Origin: an uncultured Candidatus Saccharibacteria bacterium
Lineage (GTDB): Bacteria > Patescibacteriota > Saccharimonadia > Saccharimonadales > Saccharimonadaceae
Direction: 5' to 3'
Length of the DNA: 64,000 bases
Assembly: GCA_964392265.1 (NCBI GenBank)
Contig: CAYMOS010000004.1
Location: forward strand, 68,337-132,336
Below, one piece after another: positions 1 through 10,538 of the stretch (its first letter is position 1; every line of letters starts with the position of its first letter). The notes below the pieces were generated by a model that searched no databases, had not been told where the DNA came from, and saw only the letters and a program-made list of their open reading frames with translations. The translations under genes and the position numbers were made by a program.

Positions 1-966
1 ACCATCGACCGCGAGGAACGTCGCAGCACGCAGGTGGTCAGAAATCACACGCATGCTTTCGGTGTGGCTGTCGTATTTTTTGCCGCTCAGATCCTGTAGT
101 CTTTCGATAATAGGCCACATCAGGCTAATCTTAAAGACATCAGGGTCGTTGAGTTTTGCTGCCGCAATACGTTCAAGACCACTGCCGTGATCAACATTCT
201 TTTGCTCTAGTTCTTCGAATTTCCCTTCGGCCACCTTTTTATAGGCCATAAAGACATTGTTGCCAATTTCCATAAAACGACCACAGTCGCAGTTAGGATG
301 GCAATACTCACCGTACTCGGGATTATGAGGCGTGCCAAAGTCATAGAACATTTCCGTATCTGGACCGCAAGGGTCACCAACTGGGGTGTGCTCTGGGTCA
401 CCGTTACGACTCCACCAGTTCTTGGACCCATCATAAAAGAAGATACGAGCGCCTTCATCCATACCCTTGGCATATCCATCTTCTTCACTGCCGACATCCT
501 GCCGGCCACTACTCAGCCCAACACCCTCAAACAACCTTGCCCACACGTCAGCCGCCTCGGTATCTTTGGGGATACCGTATTGTTCGTCACCAATATAACA
601 GGTGACATACAGTCGACTAAGGTCGAGCTGCACGATATCCTTGTGAAACTCGAACATCCATTCGATCTGCTCTTCTTTGAAGTAATCACCAAAACTCCAG
701 TTGCCCAACATCTCAAAGAATGTCGTATGCCGATTATCGCCCACGTCTTCAATATCTTGTGCGCGAAGACAGGTCTGACTGTCAACGAGGCGCTTGCCCT
801 CTGGGTGTGGCTGTCCGAGGAGATAAGGAATAATCGGTTGCATGCCAGAACCGGTAAAGAGGGTAGTGGGGTCGTCTTTCAAAACTAACGGCGCACGTTT
901 GATCGCGGCGTGTTGTTTGTCAGCAAAGAATTTGATGTAAGAATTGCGGATATCTTGAGCGTTCAT
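1..966 (-). CDS. alaS: Alanine--tRNA ligase, N-terminal part (gene runs off the left edge)
   Basis: Absent from the ORF track because there is no stop in the window. Reverse complement from the ATG at 966 reads MNAQDIRNSYIKFFADKQHAAIKRAPLVLKDDPTTLFTGSGM, and later HTTFFEMLGNWSFGDYFK, which are AlaRS signature motifs. The + ORF 298..888 is its antisense shadow. Confidence 0.85.
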   Translation of the reverse strand, partial: MNAQDIRNSYIKFFADKQHAAIKRAPLVLKDDPTTLFTGSGMQPIIPYLLGQPHPEGKRLVDSQTCLRAQDIEDVGDNRHTTFFEMLGNWSFGDYFKEEQIEWMFEFHKDIVQLDLSRLYVTCYIGDEQYGIPKDTEAADVWARLFEGVGLSSGRQDVGSEEDGYAKGMDEGARIFFYDGSKNWWSRNGDPEHTPVGDPCGPDTEMFYDFGTPHNPEYGEYCHPNCDCGRFMEIGNNVFMAYKKVAEGKFEELEQKNVDHGSGLERIAAAKLNDPDVFKISLMWPIIERLQDLSGKKYDSHTESMRVISDHLRAATFLAVDG

Positions 967-1000
967 ATCTGTTATTGTACCACATGCCTCCGGGCGCGTC

Positions 1001-2743
1001 CTACATATTGACGAGGCCACCCCATTCGACAACCGTAAAGCCGCGACGATCAGGTGCCGTCAGCGTCTGTGGTGCCAGAAAGATTGGTGCATCAAGACCA
1101 GCCATATCAAGGAAGACGCGAATTGTCGTGTCGGGACGCTCAGACAGATAGAGCGGCGCCAGGGTGTCAATCTGCTGCTGGGTCAGCCAGGTCAGCCGTA
1201 CATAGGGACGACCTGGAATCTTATCTGCCCAATACGCCATAAAATCATCGATTTCTTGCTGATGAAGCCCTTGCTGGCGCAATTGTTTTTCAATTACACT
1301 CACGGCTTCGCTTCGCGCAACAATCACCCCACTGGTAATCGCAGGGTACGGTCCGTATCCTGTCCCTTCCCAGAAGAGCGAATCATACTGCTTGCCTTGA
1401 TAGGTTAACTTTCCTGACGGTTCAGCCGTCACCTCACGCCAACCGCCTACAGGATAGGACGGATCCGACACTGTTACATCGGCACCAACGCGCACTGACA
1501 CATTGGCTGTCCGAGTCGGATAGAGGTAAATCACCGGTTTACCGCAACCATATTGTGGAGCGAACGAGTTGCGAACATACACCAGCCATCCGTTATTCGG
1601 ACTCTCAATCATCACGACTGCGTTAGCCTCAATAAAGGCCGCCTTTGTCAGCGCCTGGTTGTCTTCTGATTTCATATATTCGACATATTCGTTATAGGCT
1701 AACCGATAAAGACTGGCTTCATGGTCTTTCAGACGATAGACGATCGCACCCCTATCGGTCGTACCGACTGCCTCTAGTTGTTCTTTCTTCACCCCTGGGT
1801 ATATCGTCACACCCTGCAAATAGCCGCACCCGCGCGCAATCGGCTTGAGACTGTCTGGTGATTCAGCTCCATCCACCGTCACTGTTGCTTTAACCCCACT
1901 GTCCCAGCGATATGTCTCAAGGATTTCCGTCACCGGTGTGTAGTTCAGCGTCACTGCTCTTCCTGATGGAAATAACATGCGATAGCCAACATTTGCCAGC
2001 CCTGTATCGGCATTCGGTATCTCAAGACGCTGCAGGATACTCTTGCCGTATTTTGCTACGTCGGTCACCTTTGTTCCCTCTTGATTGGTGGCAATTGACC
2101 CCATTCGGCCCCAGGTGCGCGTCACTCGTTCGCCCTGACCCAGATCAAGCTCAGCTGGCATACTCAGAGAATCGTAATGCGTCTCCCAATCTATCTGTAT
2201 ATCCGAACGTAAATCATCCGCCGCATAGCCACGCTCGCCTTCACCTAAGAGTGCCGTTGATATTGGCTGGGCAACCAAGCGGTACGCGCCTTCTGGTGTC
2301 CGTTCGAATACTCGTACATATTCGCCAGGGACCGGCTCATCCCGCAAAATGATCGTATTACCCGCACGAGCTCCCACCTCCCAGTAATAGCTCGTACCGT
2401 CACTATTACCATCTCCCTCAGGAGAAAGACCGAGATTAGGCAATTGCTTTGGTGTCGCTAGCCACGTTTCACCCGTTTTTGGGGTAATGAACTTTCCTAA
2501 CGGCGTTGTATCCTCCGCCTCGACCACTTTTACCTCTTCTTTAGTTGGGATAGTTGCCTGGGTGACGGTGTCCTTTATATCCTTTGGCTTTAGCAGCCAC
2601 CACGCGGCAACCGCGCCTATCAATAAGATGACGATTCCTACGATTATCCATACTATTCGCCGTGATCGCTTGCTTTTTGGCATCTTTCCTGTCGATGAGG
2701 CTGGCGCTTTCTCTTGCTCGATTATTGACGGCGTGTCGTCCAT
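1001..2743 (-). CDS. Hypothetical N-terminally membrane-anchored, probably extracytoplasmic protein (580 aa)
   Basis: Long ORF. Lys/Arg-rich N-terminus followed by one hydrophobic helix (IVWIIVGIVILLIGAVAAWWLL). No family recognised. Confidence 0.65.
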   Translation of the reverse strand: MDDTPSIIEQEKAPASSTGKMPKSKRSRRIVWIIVGIVILLIGAVAAWWLLKPKDIKDTVTQATIPTKEEVKVVEAEDTTPLGKFITPKTGETWLATPKQLPNLGLSPEGDGNSDGTSYYWEVGARAGNTIILRDEPVPGEYVRVFERTPEGAYRLVAQPISTALLGEGERGYAADDLRSDIQIDWETHYDSLSMPAELDLGQGERVTRTWGRMGSIATNQEGTKVTDVAKYGKSILQRLEIPNADTGLANVGYRMLFPSGRAVTLNYTPVTEILETYRWDSGVKATVTVDGAESPDSLKPIARGCGYLQGVTIYPGVKKEQLEAVGTTDRGAIVYRLKDHEASLYRLAYNEYVEYMKSEDNQALTKAAFIEANAVVMIESPNNGWLVYVRNSFAPQYGCGKPVIYLYPTRTANVSVRVGADVTVSDPSYPVGGWREVTAEPSGKLTYQGKQYDSLFWEGTGYGPYPAITSGVIVARSEAVSVIEKQLRQQGLHQQEIDDFMAYWADKIPGRPYVRLTWLTQQQIDTLAPLYLSERPDTTIRVFLDMAGLDAPIFLAPQTLTAPDRRGFTVVEWGGLVNM

Positions 2744-2800
2744 GATAATTCTCCTTATGCCTGTATCATAGCACTTCGCCGATAGCTTTTGGTAATTATT

Positions 2801-3529
2801 TTAGAGTGCTACGGCTTTTTTGGAGGTATCGGCGATGAATGTATTACGAAATGCGTAACCTGAGGGTGTCATATGTACCGCATCACGCCAGTAGCTCTCC
2901 TGACTGTCGCGTGATATATAGGCCGACCAATCTATTAACAATGAATGTGAGCGCTCCTGCATAGCCGAGGCGATCGCCGTGTTCACGACAGTATCGAATG
3001 AGGAGGGGTCTTTAGCTGGATCACCCGCAGTATTCACCCAAGCAACCCGCGCATCCGGCCCAAGTGCCATCAAGACAGCCTTTATGCGTAGGTTGACTTG
3101 CGTAGCATCTATCCCCTGCAATGCATCATTCGTCCCCAGTGCGATCACCCAGACGTCAGGCTCACCGATTTGCGCCCGACAATCAGCGATATTCTGAACA
3201 GTTGTATGATCGGACGAATCAGGAGTATTAATGGTTTTTCCGGGCATAGCATAAAACCACACTGACCCGACAGACCAACCTGCTGTTTCAAAGGCAGCCG
3301 TCACCCCTTTCTGCCCATTCGCATCTTGAAAGGTCAAAGAATCACCAATGATTGCAACCTTTTTCCCTTTCATAAAGGGAGTGTCCTCAGCGCGCGTTGC
3401 TGCAACATTACGTGTCCGAGCACCCTCATTAAACTGATTTTCATGCAAGCCACTCGATACCACATAAAGCACAGTTATGACGACCGCACTTGTCACCAAA
3501 ACCACCAGTGATCGTTTCAACAATCTCAT
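2801..3529 (-). CDS. SGNH/GDSL-family hydrolase, secreted or membrane-anchored
   Basis: IIGDSLT block, GTND block and a DAVHMTPSGY-like C-terminal block. Start placed at the internal ATG (MRLLKRSLVVLV signal-like helix) so it does not overlap mnmA. Confidence 0.7.
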   Translation of the reverse strand: MRLLKRSLVVLVTSAVVITVLYVVSSGLHENQFNEGARTRNVAATRAEDTPFMKGKKVAIIGDSLTFQDANGQKGVTAAFETAGWSVGSVWFYAMPGKTINTPDSSDHTTVQNIADCRAQIGEPDVWVIALGTNDALQGIDATQVNLRIKAVLMALGPDARVAWVNTAGDPAKDPSSFDTVVNTAIASAMQERSHSLLIDWSAYISRDSQESYWRDAVHMTPSGYAFRNTFIADTSKKAVAL

Positions 3530-3539
3530 GCCATGCATC

Positions 3540-4565
3540 CTAATGAACAATCCCGCCTCCAAGACATATGTCGCCATCATATATCACCACTGACTGCCCG
3601 GCGGTGACTGCACGTTGTGATTCAACAAGCTCCACCCTGGACCCTTGCAGCTGAGCAGCAATCAACGGGGCACGATGACGAATCCGAATCTGGTATTCGC
3701 CATCAGCGGGTATATCGTTAATCCAATGGAGTGACTGCAACTGAATAGCTTTCTTCCAAAGCCCTTCATCATTGAGCTGTGTCGTAACATAAACCTCGTT
3801 TTTATCCATGTCCTTACCTGCGACGTAATAGGGCAATCCACCCCCGACATCTAGTCCGTGGCGTTGACCAATTGTATAAAAGATTGCTCCTTCATGATAT
3901 CCCAATACCTCGCCCGACCGTCGATCGATAATCTTCCCAGGAACCGTCTCAATATACTGGCTGAGGAAATCGCGAATCCCTACCTTGCCCACAAAACAAA
4001 TCCCCATACTCTCCTTTTTGGTTGCCGTATACAGTCCTCGTTCTTTCGCTAGCTCGCGCACCTCTTCTTTGGTGTAGCCTCCTAGTGGAAACAGGGTTTT
4101 CTCTAGCGCTGCTTTGGTGACTCGATACAAAAAATAGGTCTGGTCTTTGTTCTCATCTTTTGCCCTCAACAGTCGGCCGTCCTGGGTACGTGCATAGTGA
4201 CCGGTGGCAATCCTATCTGCCCCATCAGCCACGGCCGCCTCAAGAAACAACTTGAACTTCACCTCTTGGTTACACATAATATCCGGGTTGGGGGTGCGAC
4301 CAGCCTTATATTCATCAATCATGTAATCAACAACATTTTGTTTGTACTCTTTTTCGAAATCAAACACCTTAAAATCAATGTTGAGCTGGACGGCAACTCG
4401 TTTCGCATCAGCCAGATCGTCCGCCCATGGACACTTCATGCCGGGGAGATCTTGCGTCCAGTTTTTCATATAGACGCCCGTGACGTCATAGCCTTGTTCG
4501 ACCAGTAGCGCAGCCGTCACACTACTATCAACACCGCCGCTCATACCAACGTAGACACGTGTCAT
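3540..4565 (-). CDS. mnmA: tRNA 2-thiouridine(34) synthase MnmA
   Basis: MTRVYVGMSGGVDSS PP-loop start, with full-length resemblance to MnmA (CNQEVKF, THYAR-like GHYAR). Start at 4565 forms an ATGA overlap with the upstream gene stop. Confidence 0.9.
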   Translation of the reverse strand: MTRVYVGMSGGVDSSVTAALLVEQGYDVTGVYMKNWTQDLPGMKCPWADDLADAKRVAVQLNIDFKVFDFEKEYKQNVVDYMIDEYKAGRTPNPDIMCNQEVKFKLFLEAAVADGADRIATGHYARTQDGRLLRAKDENKDQTYFLYRVTKAALEKTLFPLGGYTKEEVRELAKERGLYTATKKESMGICFVGKVGIRDFLSQYIETVPGKIIDRRSGEVLGYHEGAIFYTIGQRHGLDVGGGLPYYVAGKDMDKNEVYVTTQLNDEGLWKKAIQLQSLHWINDIPADGEYQIRIRHRAPLIAAQLQGSRVELVESQRAVTAGQSVVIYDGDICLGGGIVH

Positions 4566-5176
4566 GACGCAACCCCACCAACATAAAAGGCAATGATGCG
4601 GCCAAACTCTCCAAATGCCAACCACCATCCACGTGGCGTCAGCCACCACCACCAATCCCAATCTTTGTCAGTTGTCGGTGATGTACGAATCAAAACGTTG
4701 TCCTCACTCGTCAACACACCAAATTCCAGTGCAGCGCGGCGCATATGATACCCTGACGTCACCAAAATAATATCGTTGATCTCTCGACTTTTTAGCAATA
4801 ATCGGGTTTTTTCAGCGTTCTGCCTCGTATTTTCTGACATTTCCTCGATCAAAATGTCGGTAGTTGGTACACCTTGGCTAATCGCATCAAGACGCATAGC
4901 TGCAGCATTACTAGGACCTTCCTTGTCTTCGGCGGCACCCGAGAAGATAATTACTGGCGCCCAGCCATTTTTATACATATCAACCGCATGCTTGGTGCGT
5001 GCCGTCGTGTCGCCACCGCTAATTGCCACAATCGCTCCTGCTGCTGTACAACCTTCGCGCGTTGTTGGCTTGCCTTGGCCACCAGGACATAACGAAAAGC
5101 TATTCGGTTGCAAATACACGCTCAGTCCAATAACTGTAATGACAATCAGCGCAAAGGCAATAATCAGCCACTTCAT
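4562..5176 (-). CDS. DUF218 (YdcF/SanA/ElyC-like) membrane-anchored protein
   Basis: N-terminal TM helix (MKWLIIAFALIVITVIG), then IIFSGAAE...TRQNAEKTRLLL...ILVTSGYHMRRA, which is typical of DUF218. Confidence 0.7.
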   Translation of the reverse strand: MKWLIIAFALIVITVIGLSVYLQPNSFSLCPGGQGKPTTREGCTAAGAIVAISGGDTTARTKHAVDMYKNGWAPVIIFSGAAEDKEGPSNAAAMRLDAISQGVPTTDILIEEMSENTRQNAEKTRLLLKSREINDIILVTSGYHMRRAALEFGVLTSEDNVLIRTSPTTDKDWDWWWWLTPRGWWLAFGEFGRIIAFYVGGVAS

Positions 5177-5178
5177 AC

Positions 5179-6336
5179 CTACCGTCCCATCCTTGCGTAT
5201 TCTGCCGTCACTACCTCGGTAATGATTTCGACCGCTTGCTGGCAATTCTCCTCGTCAGAGCCTTTACCAAGAGAGATGCGAATACTGCCGTCTGCCACTT
5301 CTGGTGCCAGGCCAATGGCTGTCAGTACGTGCGACCGCGTCCCTTTATTCGCAGCACAGGCACTCCCCGTCGCCACTAACACCCCGCGTGTTTCTAACGC
5401 AAATAAGACGCGTTCGGCATCAATACCAGGGAATGACACATGCAGAAAATTCGGTAACTGATATTTCGTATTGCCAGACACCACCATATCTTCAAACCGA
5501 TCAACCAGATACTGCCGCATACTATCACGCAACTTGCCGAGGCGCTCGGCCTCATGCCGACGATGCTTTTCTGCCCGCTGAAGTGCTGTCATAAATCCAA
5601 TCACACCAGCAACATTCTCAGTCCCACTACGAAGCCCTCGTTCTTGCCCCCCACCGACAACCACCGGGCGAAGGCTGACGTGGCTCGCCGTCCACAATAG
5701 CCCGACTTGTTTCGGGCCATATACTTTACCGGCATTCAGTGTCATCATATCAACACCCAATCGCGAAAGATGAATATCCACCAGCCCCAACCCCTGCGAG
5801 GCATCAGTATGAACATACAAGGGGCGCTTTTCGCCAGCCGCTCGCCTACGCAAGCGCTCTTTACGGGCAATTTCAACGATTTCACGAATTGGCTGCAACG
5901 TCCCAATCTCATTATTAGCAAGCGCCACACTAATAAGTTGCGTTTCGGGGCGCACGGCTACCGCCACCTGCCTGGCATCAACCCTCCCGTATGGCGAGAC
6001 TGCAACGCGCGTATTGTCGTATTGATCGGCCGCCGCCAGCACTGCATGATGCTCAACCGCCGAGACAATCACATGGCTATCTTGGGCACCAGAAAATGCA
6101 AGATTGATCGATTCTGTCGCCCCTGCCGTCATGACAATTTCGTTGCCTCTAGCGCCAACTACCTGCGCAATAGCGTCCTTCGCCTCGTCATAGGCCTGGC
6201 GTACTTTGACCGCAGGACTATAGGGACTAGAGGGGTTATAAAAATCATCAAGAAAGTAGGGACGCATCGCTTCGAGCGCACGTGGATCCAACGGCGTTGC
6301 CGCGGCATAATCAAGATAAATATATGTATCGTTCAC
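5179..6336 (-). CDS. Cysteine desulfurase (class V aminotransferase, NifS/IscS family)
   Basis: 385 aa with an HTDASQ PLP-lysine region context and an SGSACA active-site Cys loop (ATGSACAANKGTRSHVL). Sits immediately upstream of mnmA, consistent with a sulfur relay for s2U34. Confidence 0.85.
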   Translation of the reverse strand: MNDTYIYLDYAAATPLDPRALEAMRPYFLDDFYNPSSPYSPAVKVRQAYDEAKDAIAQVVGARGNEIVMTAGATESINLAFSGAQDSHVIVSAVEHHAVLAAADQYDNTRVAVSPYGRVDARQVAVAVRPETQLISVALANNEIGTLQPIREIVEIARKERLRRRAAGEKRPLYVHTDASQGLGLVDIHLSRLGVDMMTLNAGKVYGPKQVGLLWTASHVSLRPVVVGGGQERGLRSGTENVAGVIGFMTALQRAEKHRRHEAERLGKLRDSMRQYLVDRFEDMVVSGNTKYQLPNFLHVSFPGIDAERVLFALETRGVLVATGSACAANKGTRSHVLTAIGLAPEVADGSIRISLGKGSDEENCQQAVEIITEVVTAEYARMGR

Positions 6337-6359
6337 TGTATCTATTGTAACACCTGACG

Positions 6360-6791
6360 TTACAGCAGCGGCTGGCCAGTACGAGGATCCCGATGGTAGA
6401 CTTCGCGCATGACCCGTTCGAAATAAATACCGATCGCCGCCCGTAGATTAATAAATTCCTGGCCTTCAACTTTTTCGTATCGTGGGCCGGGGAGTGCCTT
6501 CCAGACAGCGTCATCACGGACCTCATACTTGACGGTCATTTGATGCAACTTTCCTGCAGCATCACGCCATTCTTCATGCCAAATCCATACTCGTGGACCA
6601 GTATTAAAGAATTCGCGGCGATGGCCTTTGGCAATTGGACCAAACAGTTCGCGACCAATCTCGCTCTCTAGTTGAATCAGTTCGCGTTCGGTCAGACCAC
6701 TGAGTGGTCGTGTTTTTTCGGTAGACGCAGTAATATCCGTCAGGCCGATAAGTTGTTTTAGTGCCCGACTAACTCTTAGACTGCGGTTCAT
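6360..6791 (-). CDS. Hypothetical protein (143 aa)
   Basis: Clean ORF in the gene-dense minus-strand run. No motif recognised. Confidence 0.55.
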   Translation of the reverse strand: MNRSLRVSRALKQLIGLTDITASTEKTRPLSGLTERELIQLESEIGRELFGPIAKGHRREFFNTGPRVWIWHEEWRDAAGKLHQMTVKYEVRDDAVWKALPGPRYEKVEGQEFINLRAAIGIYFERVMREVYHRDPRTGQPLL

Positions 6792-6793
6792 GG

Positions 6794-7027
6794 CTATGCC
6801 GCCTTAGGCTTTCCCGTTTCCGCATTACGAACAATACTTAAACGATCGCCAAATTCAATAATTTTGGCCAGTGGCTGCTCCTCTACAGTATCTGTTTCTG
6901 GTTCAGTAAAAGATGCATCAAGAAGAGCCTCATCAAGGATTGCCCTGACCTCGTCTTCGGTATGGCCACTACGGTGACCGGGGATGTTGAAATGGTGGTG
7001 TTGACGATTTTGCTCCGTCATACTCAC
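6794..7027 (-). CDS. Hypothetical small acidic protein (77 aa)
   Basis: ORF 2 nt upstream of the next gene. No motif recognised. Confidence 0.45.
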   Translation of the reverse strand: MSMTEQNRQHHHFNIPGHRSGHTEDEVRAILDEALLDASFTEPETDTVEEQPLAKIIEFGDRLSIVRNAETGKPKAA

Positions 7028-7074
7028 TCCCGCTTAATGATTGCTAGTGGGTCATTTTGTATCAACCGTGTTTA

Positions 7075-7827
7075 TTAGATTGCGAAAAGCTCGCGCGCAT
7101 TTGCCGTTGTTGCTGTCATTACCTCTTGCAAAGATATATTTCGATCATTTGCATGAAATGCTGCAACGTGTTTCACAAATGCTGGCTCATTCACTTTACC
7201 ACGATATGGCGCTGGTGTCAAGAAGGGAGCGTCAGTTTCTAATACCATTTTTTCCAGTGGAATATGGCGAAACATCGCCTGTTGCGCCTCATCCTTTGTA
7301 AATGTACTAATTCCGTTCACGCCGATGTAAAATCCATGCGTCAAGGCCCGTTCCAAGGTCGCGGCTGTATCAGTAAAGCTATGGAGTACCCCTTGGATGC
7401 CCGTAAAGTTATCAATCACTGGCCAAAAATCATCAAAAGCCTCCCGAACATGAAAACTCACAGGCAAGTCGTAGTCTACCGCCCACTGCAACTGCTCTTC
7501 AAGCGCCTTTATCTGAATAGCACGCGGTGAATGATTGTAATAATAATCAAGGCCAATCTCACCGATCCCGACAATCTTGGGTGGTTTTTCAGCCAATAGC
7601 CGCCCAATATCCTGCCATCCGTCCTTGGTATCATGCGGATGCACCCCCACGACCGCCCAGGCAAGGTCGCGGTCTTGGACGAATTGAACTGCCTCACGTG
7701 AATCAGCCTCGCCGGTACCAACACAGAGCATCGCGACGTCTTCCTGAACCGCACGATCGTAGGCAGCTTCGCGGCCCTCAGGATAGAACTGAAGGTCATG
7801 AATATGACAATGAGAATCGACAAACAT
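7075..7827 (-). CDS. TatD-family metal-dependent hydrolase/DNase
   Basis: MFVDSHCHIHD start motif, GEIGLDYYY and HSF...ETDAPFL blocks. Start moved to the ATG at 7827, just after the metG stop at 7829. Confidence 0.85.
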   Translation of the reverse strand: MFVDSHCHIHDLQFYPEGREAAYDRAVQEDVAMLCVGTGEADSREAVQFVQDRDLAWAVVGVHPHDTKDGWQDIGRLLAEKPPKIVGIGEIGLDYYYNHSPRAIQIKALEEQLQWAVDYDLPVSFHVREAFDDFWPVIDNFTGIQGVLHSFTDTAATLERALTHGFYIGVNGISTFTKDEAQQAMFRHIPLEKMVLETDAPFLTPAPYRGKVNEPAFVKHVAAFHANDRNISLQEVMTATTANARELFAI

Positions 7828-7828
7828 T

Positions 7829-9316
7829 CTAGGCAACCTTAGGAGCGCGTGGATCAGTGGTGTGTTGATACACCTTTGGAAACAGAACCGAACCCTGAGG
7901 AACGATGACGCCAGTTTCAAAGGTTGCGTGAATCTTAGCGGCAGTATCGGGCAGAAATGGCACCAACAAGTCGCCAATCTGCAGCAGGACACCCACGCAG
8001 TGGCCAAGGATCTCATTGAGATGCCCCTCGGCCTCTGGATCGGTATCGCGGCGCTTAGCAACTTCCCATGGTTTGACATTCTCGATGTATTGATTCAAAG
8101 CGCGAACACTCACCCATACCTCATCAAGAGCCTTATTAAATTCAAGATCGTTCATGGCATCATGATATTTCTTGGTGTCATGCTCGGTCTGACGAGCATC
8201 ACCAATGACGCCTGCCTGGTAGCGAGTGATCATACTCGCGACACGCTGTACCACATTGCCAAGGTCATTGCCTAACTCGTTATTATAGGCATTCTCAAAC
8301 TTCTCCCACGTAAAATCGCCATCATCAAGCGTCGGAATGTGACGCGAGAAGTAATAGCGGAAGGCGTCGAGGCCGTACTGATCAATCACCTCATTCGGAT
8401 CAACCACGTTACCAACGGTTTTGCTCATTTTTTGACCACCACTGTCGATAAAACCATGCACCAACAGTTTTTTAGGGAGAGGTAGACCAAGCCCCAGCAA
8501 CATTGCTGGCCAAATCCCCGCATGAAAACGTAAGATATCTTTACCTACTACCTGCACCTCAGCCGGCCAGAAATCTTTCCATTCGGGCTTATCTGGATAG
8601 CCAATAATTGTGAGGTAGTTCGCTAATGCATCAATCCAAACATACATCACCTGACCAGGATCACCTGGCACAGGTATTCCCCAACTTAGGTGCTTGGCTG
8701 GACGAGAAATACTGACATCCTGCAGGCCATCCTTAACCAATTCGAGAAACTCTTTCTTACGAAATTCTGGTACGATCTTCATTTTACCTGCATCAATTGC
8801 TTCACGAATCTGGTCAGTAAACGCACTGGTTTTCAGGTAATAATTTTCCTCACTAAGACGCTGATATGCCTGATTATGGTCAGGACAGACCCCGTTATTT
8901 TCGGCGGCTTCTTTATCAGTCACAAACGCCTCACAGCCAACACAGTACCAACCTTCATAGGTTCCTTTATAAATGTGCGGTAGCAGCTGTTGCCAGATAT
9001 ATTGTACGGCGCCGATATGATGTGGATCTGTTGTGCGGATAAAATCTGTATAGCTCGCCCCGACCTTCTTCATCAGATTCTCGAAGTTTGGATACATTGA
9101 GTCGGTGTAGGCTTGCGGCGTCAGACCGGCAGCTTCGGCTTTGGCGGCAATCTTATTACCATGCTCGTCAGTCCCTACCTGAAAACGAACCTCACGGCCA
9201 TTTTGCCGCTGGTACCTCGCCCAGGTATCAGCAATCAGGTAATCTAAGGAGTTACCGATGTGCGGCGTCCCATTGACGTACGGAATAGCAGTGGTGATGT
9301 ATAAGTTTTTTCCCAT
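7829..9316 (-). CDS. metG: Methionine--tRNA ligase
   Basis: YITTAIPYVNGTPHIGN (HIGH-type) and KMSKTVGN (KMSKS) motifs. 495 aa. Confidence 0.92.
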   Translation of the reverse strand: MGKNLYITTAIPYVNGTPHIGNSLDYLIADTWARYQRQNGREVRFQVGTDEHGNKIAAKAEAAGLTPQAYTDSMYPNFENLMKKVGASYTDFIRTTDPHHIGAVQYIWQQLLPHIYKGTYEGWYCVGCEAFVTDKEAAENNGVCPDHNQAYQRLSEENYYLKTSAFTDQIREAIDAGKMKIVPEFRKKEFLELVKDGLQDVSISRPAKHLSWGIPVPGDPGQVMYVWIDALANYLTIIGYPDKPEWKDFWPAEVQVVGKDILRFHAGIWPAMLLGLGLPLPKKLLVHGFIDSGGQKMSKTVGNVVDPNEVIDQYGLDAFRYYFSRHIPTLDDGDFTWEKFENAYNNELGNDLGNVVQRVASMITRYQAGVIGDARQTEHDTKKYHDAMNDLEFNKALDEVWVSVRALNQYIENVKPWEVAKRRDTDPEAEGHLNEILGHCVGVLLQIGDLLVPFLPDTAAKIHATFETGVIVPQGSVLFPKVYQHTTDPRAPKVA

Positions 9317-9334
9317 TAGGTATATTGTACCAGA

Positions 9335-10009
9335 TTAGGTAATCATTGCCGCAACCGCATAGCGCCCGTCTGTGGCCTGTTGCCCTTTGAGAAACTGACC
9401 GTGCGAGAAATAGTGAGGGTTGGTTGAGATATCAACCGACGATACTTCGATGCTATCGGGTCGCACCCCGGAGCATGCGAGCTGTTCGGTGAGAACGTTA
9501 ATAAAGCTACGGTTGTCGAATGCGTGCAAGGGGTAGTCAGTACCATTTGGCGAGGGGGCCAGCCAAACTAACAATTCCTCTGGCCGCGATCCATACGTTT
9601 TGGTCATATATTTAACCGATTTGGTGCCACCGTACTGTTCGGTGCTATGGCGACCCAGATGCGAGATCATGACAGCATGATGTATCGGGTCATAGAGCAC
9701 CGTCGCCACACAATCAGCAATAGGCAGAAGTATCGGCTGATTGATACGATCGGTCGAGACGCCGTCGCAACCAGGCATCAATCCGGGGTGCGCCGATGCA
9801 TAATGACAAAAATCTTCCGTCTCAAAATCGGCATAGAACACCGCAGTGTGGTCAGATGGCATACCTTGGCGCTGTAAAAACTGCTGGCGATTATGAATCG
9901 CCTCGGGCGTCAGCAATTCCCTGCCATCCTTCATCGAACCGTCAGCGATCGAGGAAACCGCTACACGAACATTGGCAGGAAAAACAGTTGGTTGGTCGGA
10001 TGCTATCAT
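9335..10009 (-). CDS. pgeF: YfiH/PgeF (DUF152) laccase-domain / peptidoglycan-editing-factor-like protein
   Basis: ADCVATVLYD...HLGRHS core resembles the DUF152 C..H.GW.G region. Start moved to the ATG at 10009 (MIASDQP). Confidence 0.55.
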   Translation of the reverse strand: MIASDQPTVFPANVRVAVSSIADGSMKDGRELLTPEAIHNRQQFLQRQGMPSDHTAVFYADFETEDFCHYASAHPGLMPGCDGVSTDRINQPILLPIADCVATVLYDPIHHAVMISHLGRHSTEQYGGTKSVKYMTKTYGSRPEELLVWLAPSPNGTDYPLHAFDNRSFINVLTEQLACSGVRPDSIEVSSVDISTNPHYFSHGQFLKGQQATDGRYAVAAMIT

Positions 10010-10220
10010 ACTCCTTAGTATAAACGTAATGTTAGAACAAAGAAAATGAGCGCCACGGAGGGCGCTCGTCCTAAAAAGGTCTGGCAGAATTCGTTGATAA
10101 ACAAACTCGGGTGGTGCAGACCGCTTGTGCGGCCACAAGCCGAAGCTTCAAGGTCGCTCGATTTCGAGCACAATGTGGCCGTTGAGACGACCGTCTTGCG
10201 TGGGTGCCTACTTGCCGGTG

Positions 10221-10538
10221 TTAGCGGCGGCTACGTCGTCGAGGCTCACGTCGTCCGTGAGTCTCTCGCCGTAGAAAGGCTCGATGAGGAGCCATCCACT
10301 CGTCGTACTCCGACACCAGGCAGGCGAAGACTTCGCGGTCTGCGAGGAGGAGGTCAACTCCCTGAGTAGTAACGCGTGGAAACAGGTAACCGATATGAAT
10401 CTCGGTTTCGTGCCTGCTGCCTATCTGATCGTCGGAGACGTCGCTTTCGACGTACATGACGGTCTTGAGCGCAAAGCCCTGTGCAATGGCCGACTCGACC
10501 ATGGCGAGGGACGTAAGCTTAGTTCCAACAGCGATCAT
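10221..10538 (-). CDS. Small hypothetical protein in a locally GC-rich patch; possibly frameshifted near its 3' end
   Basis: GAAGGAG RBS 7 nt upstream of the ATG at 10538. After ...SEYDEWM the listed frame turns into an Arg-rich tail. The neighbouring frame instead reads LLIEPFYGERLTDDVSLDDVAAANTGK and stops at 10208. Confidence 0.4.
   Translation of the reverse strand: MIAVGTKLTSLAMVESAIAQGFALKTVMYVESDVSDDQIGSRHETEIHIGYLFPRVTTQGVDLLLADREVFACLVSEYDEWMAPHRAFLRRETHGRREPRRRSRR

Noticed and set aside
298-888. A 196-aa + strand ORF and the small ORFs around it.
   Set aside because: They are antisense to the clearly recognisable alaS frame, which the track omits because it has no stop in the window.
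5707-6357. A 216-aa + strand ORF.
   Set aside because: It is antisense to the cysteine desulfurase gene. It has no RBS and a Arg/Cys/His-rich composition, so it is unlikely to be a real protein.
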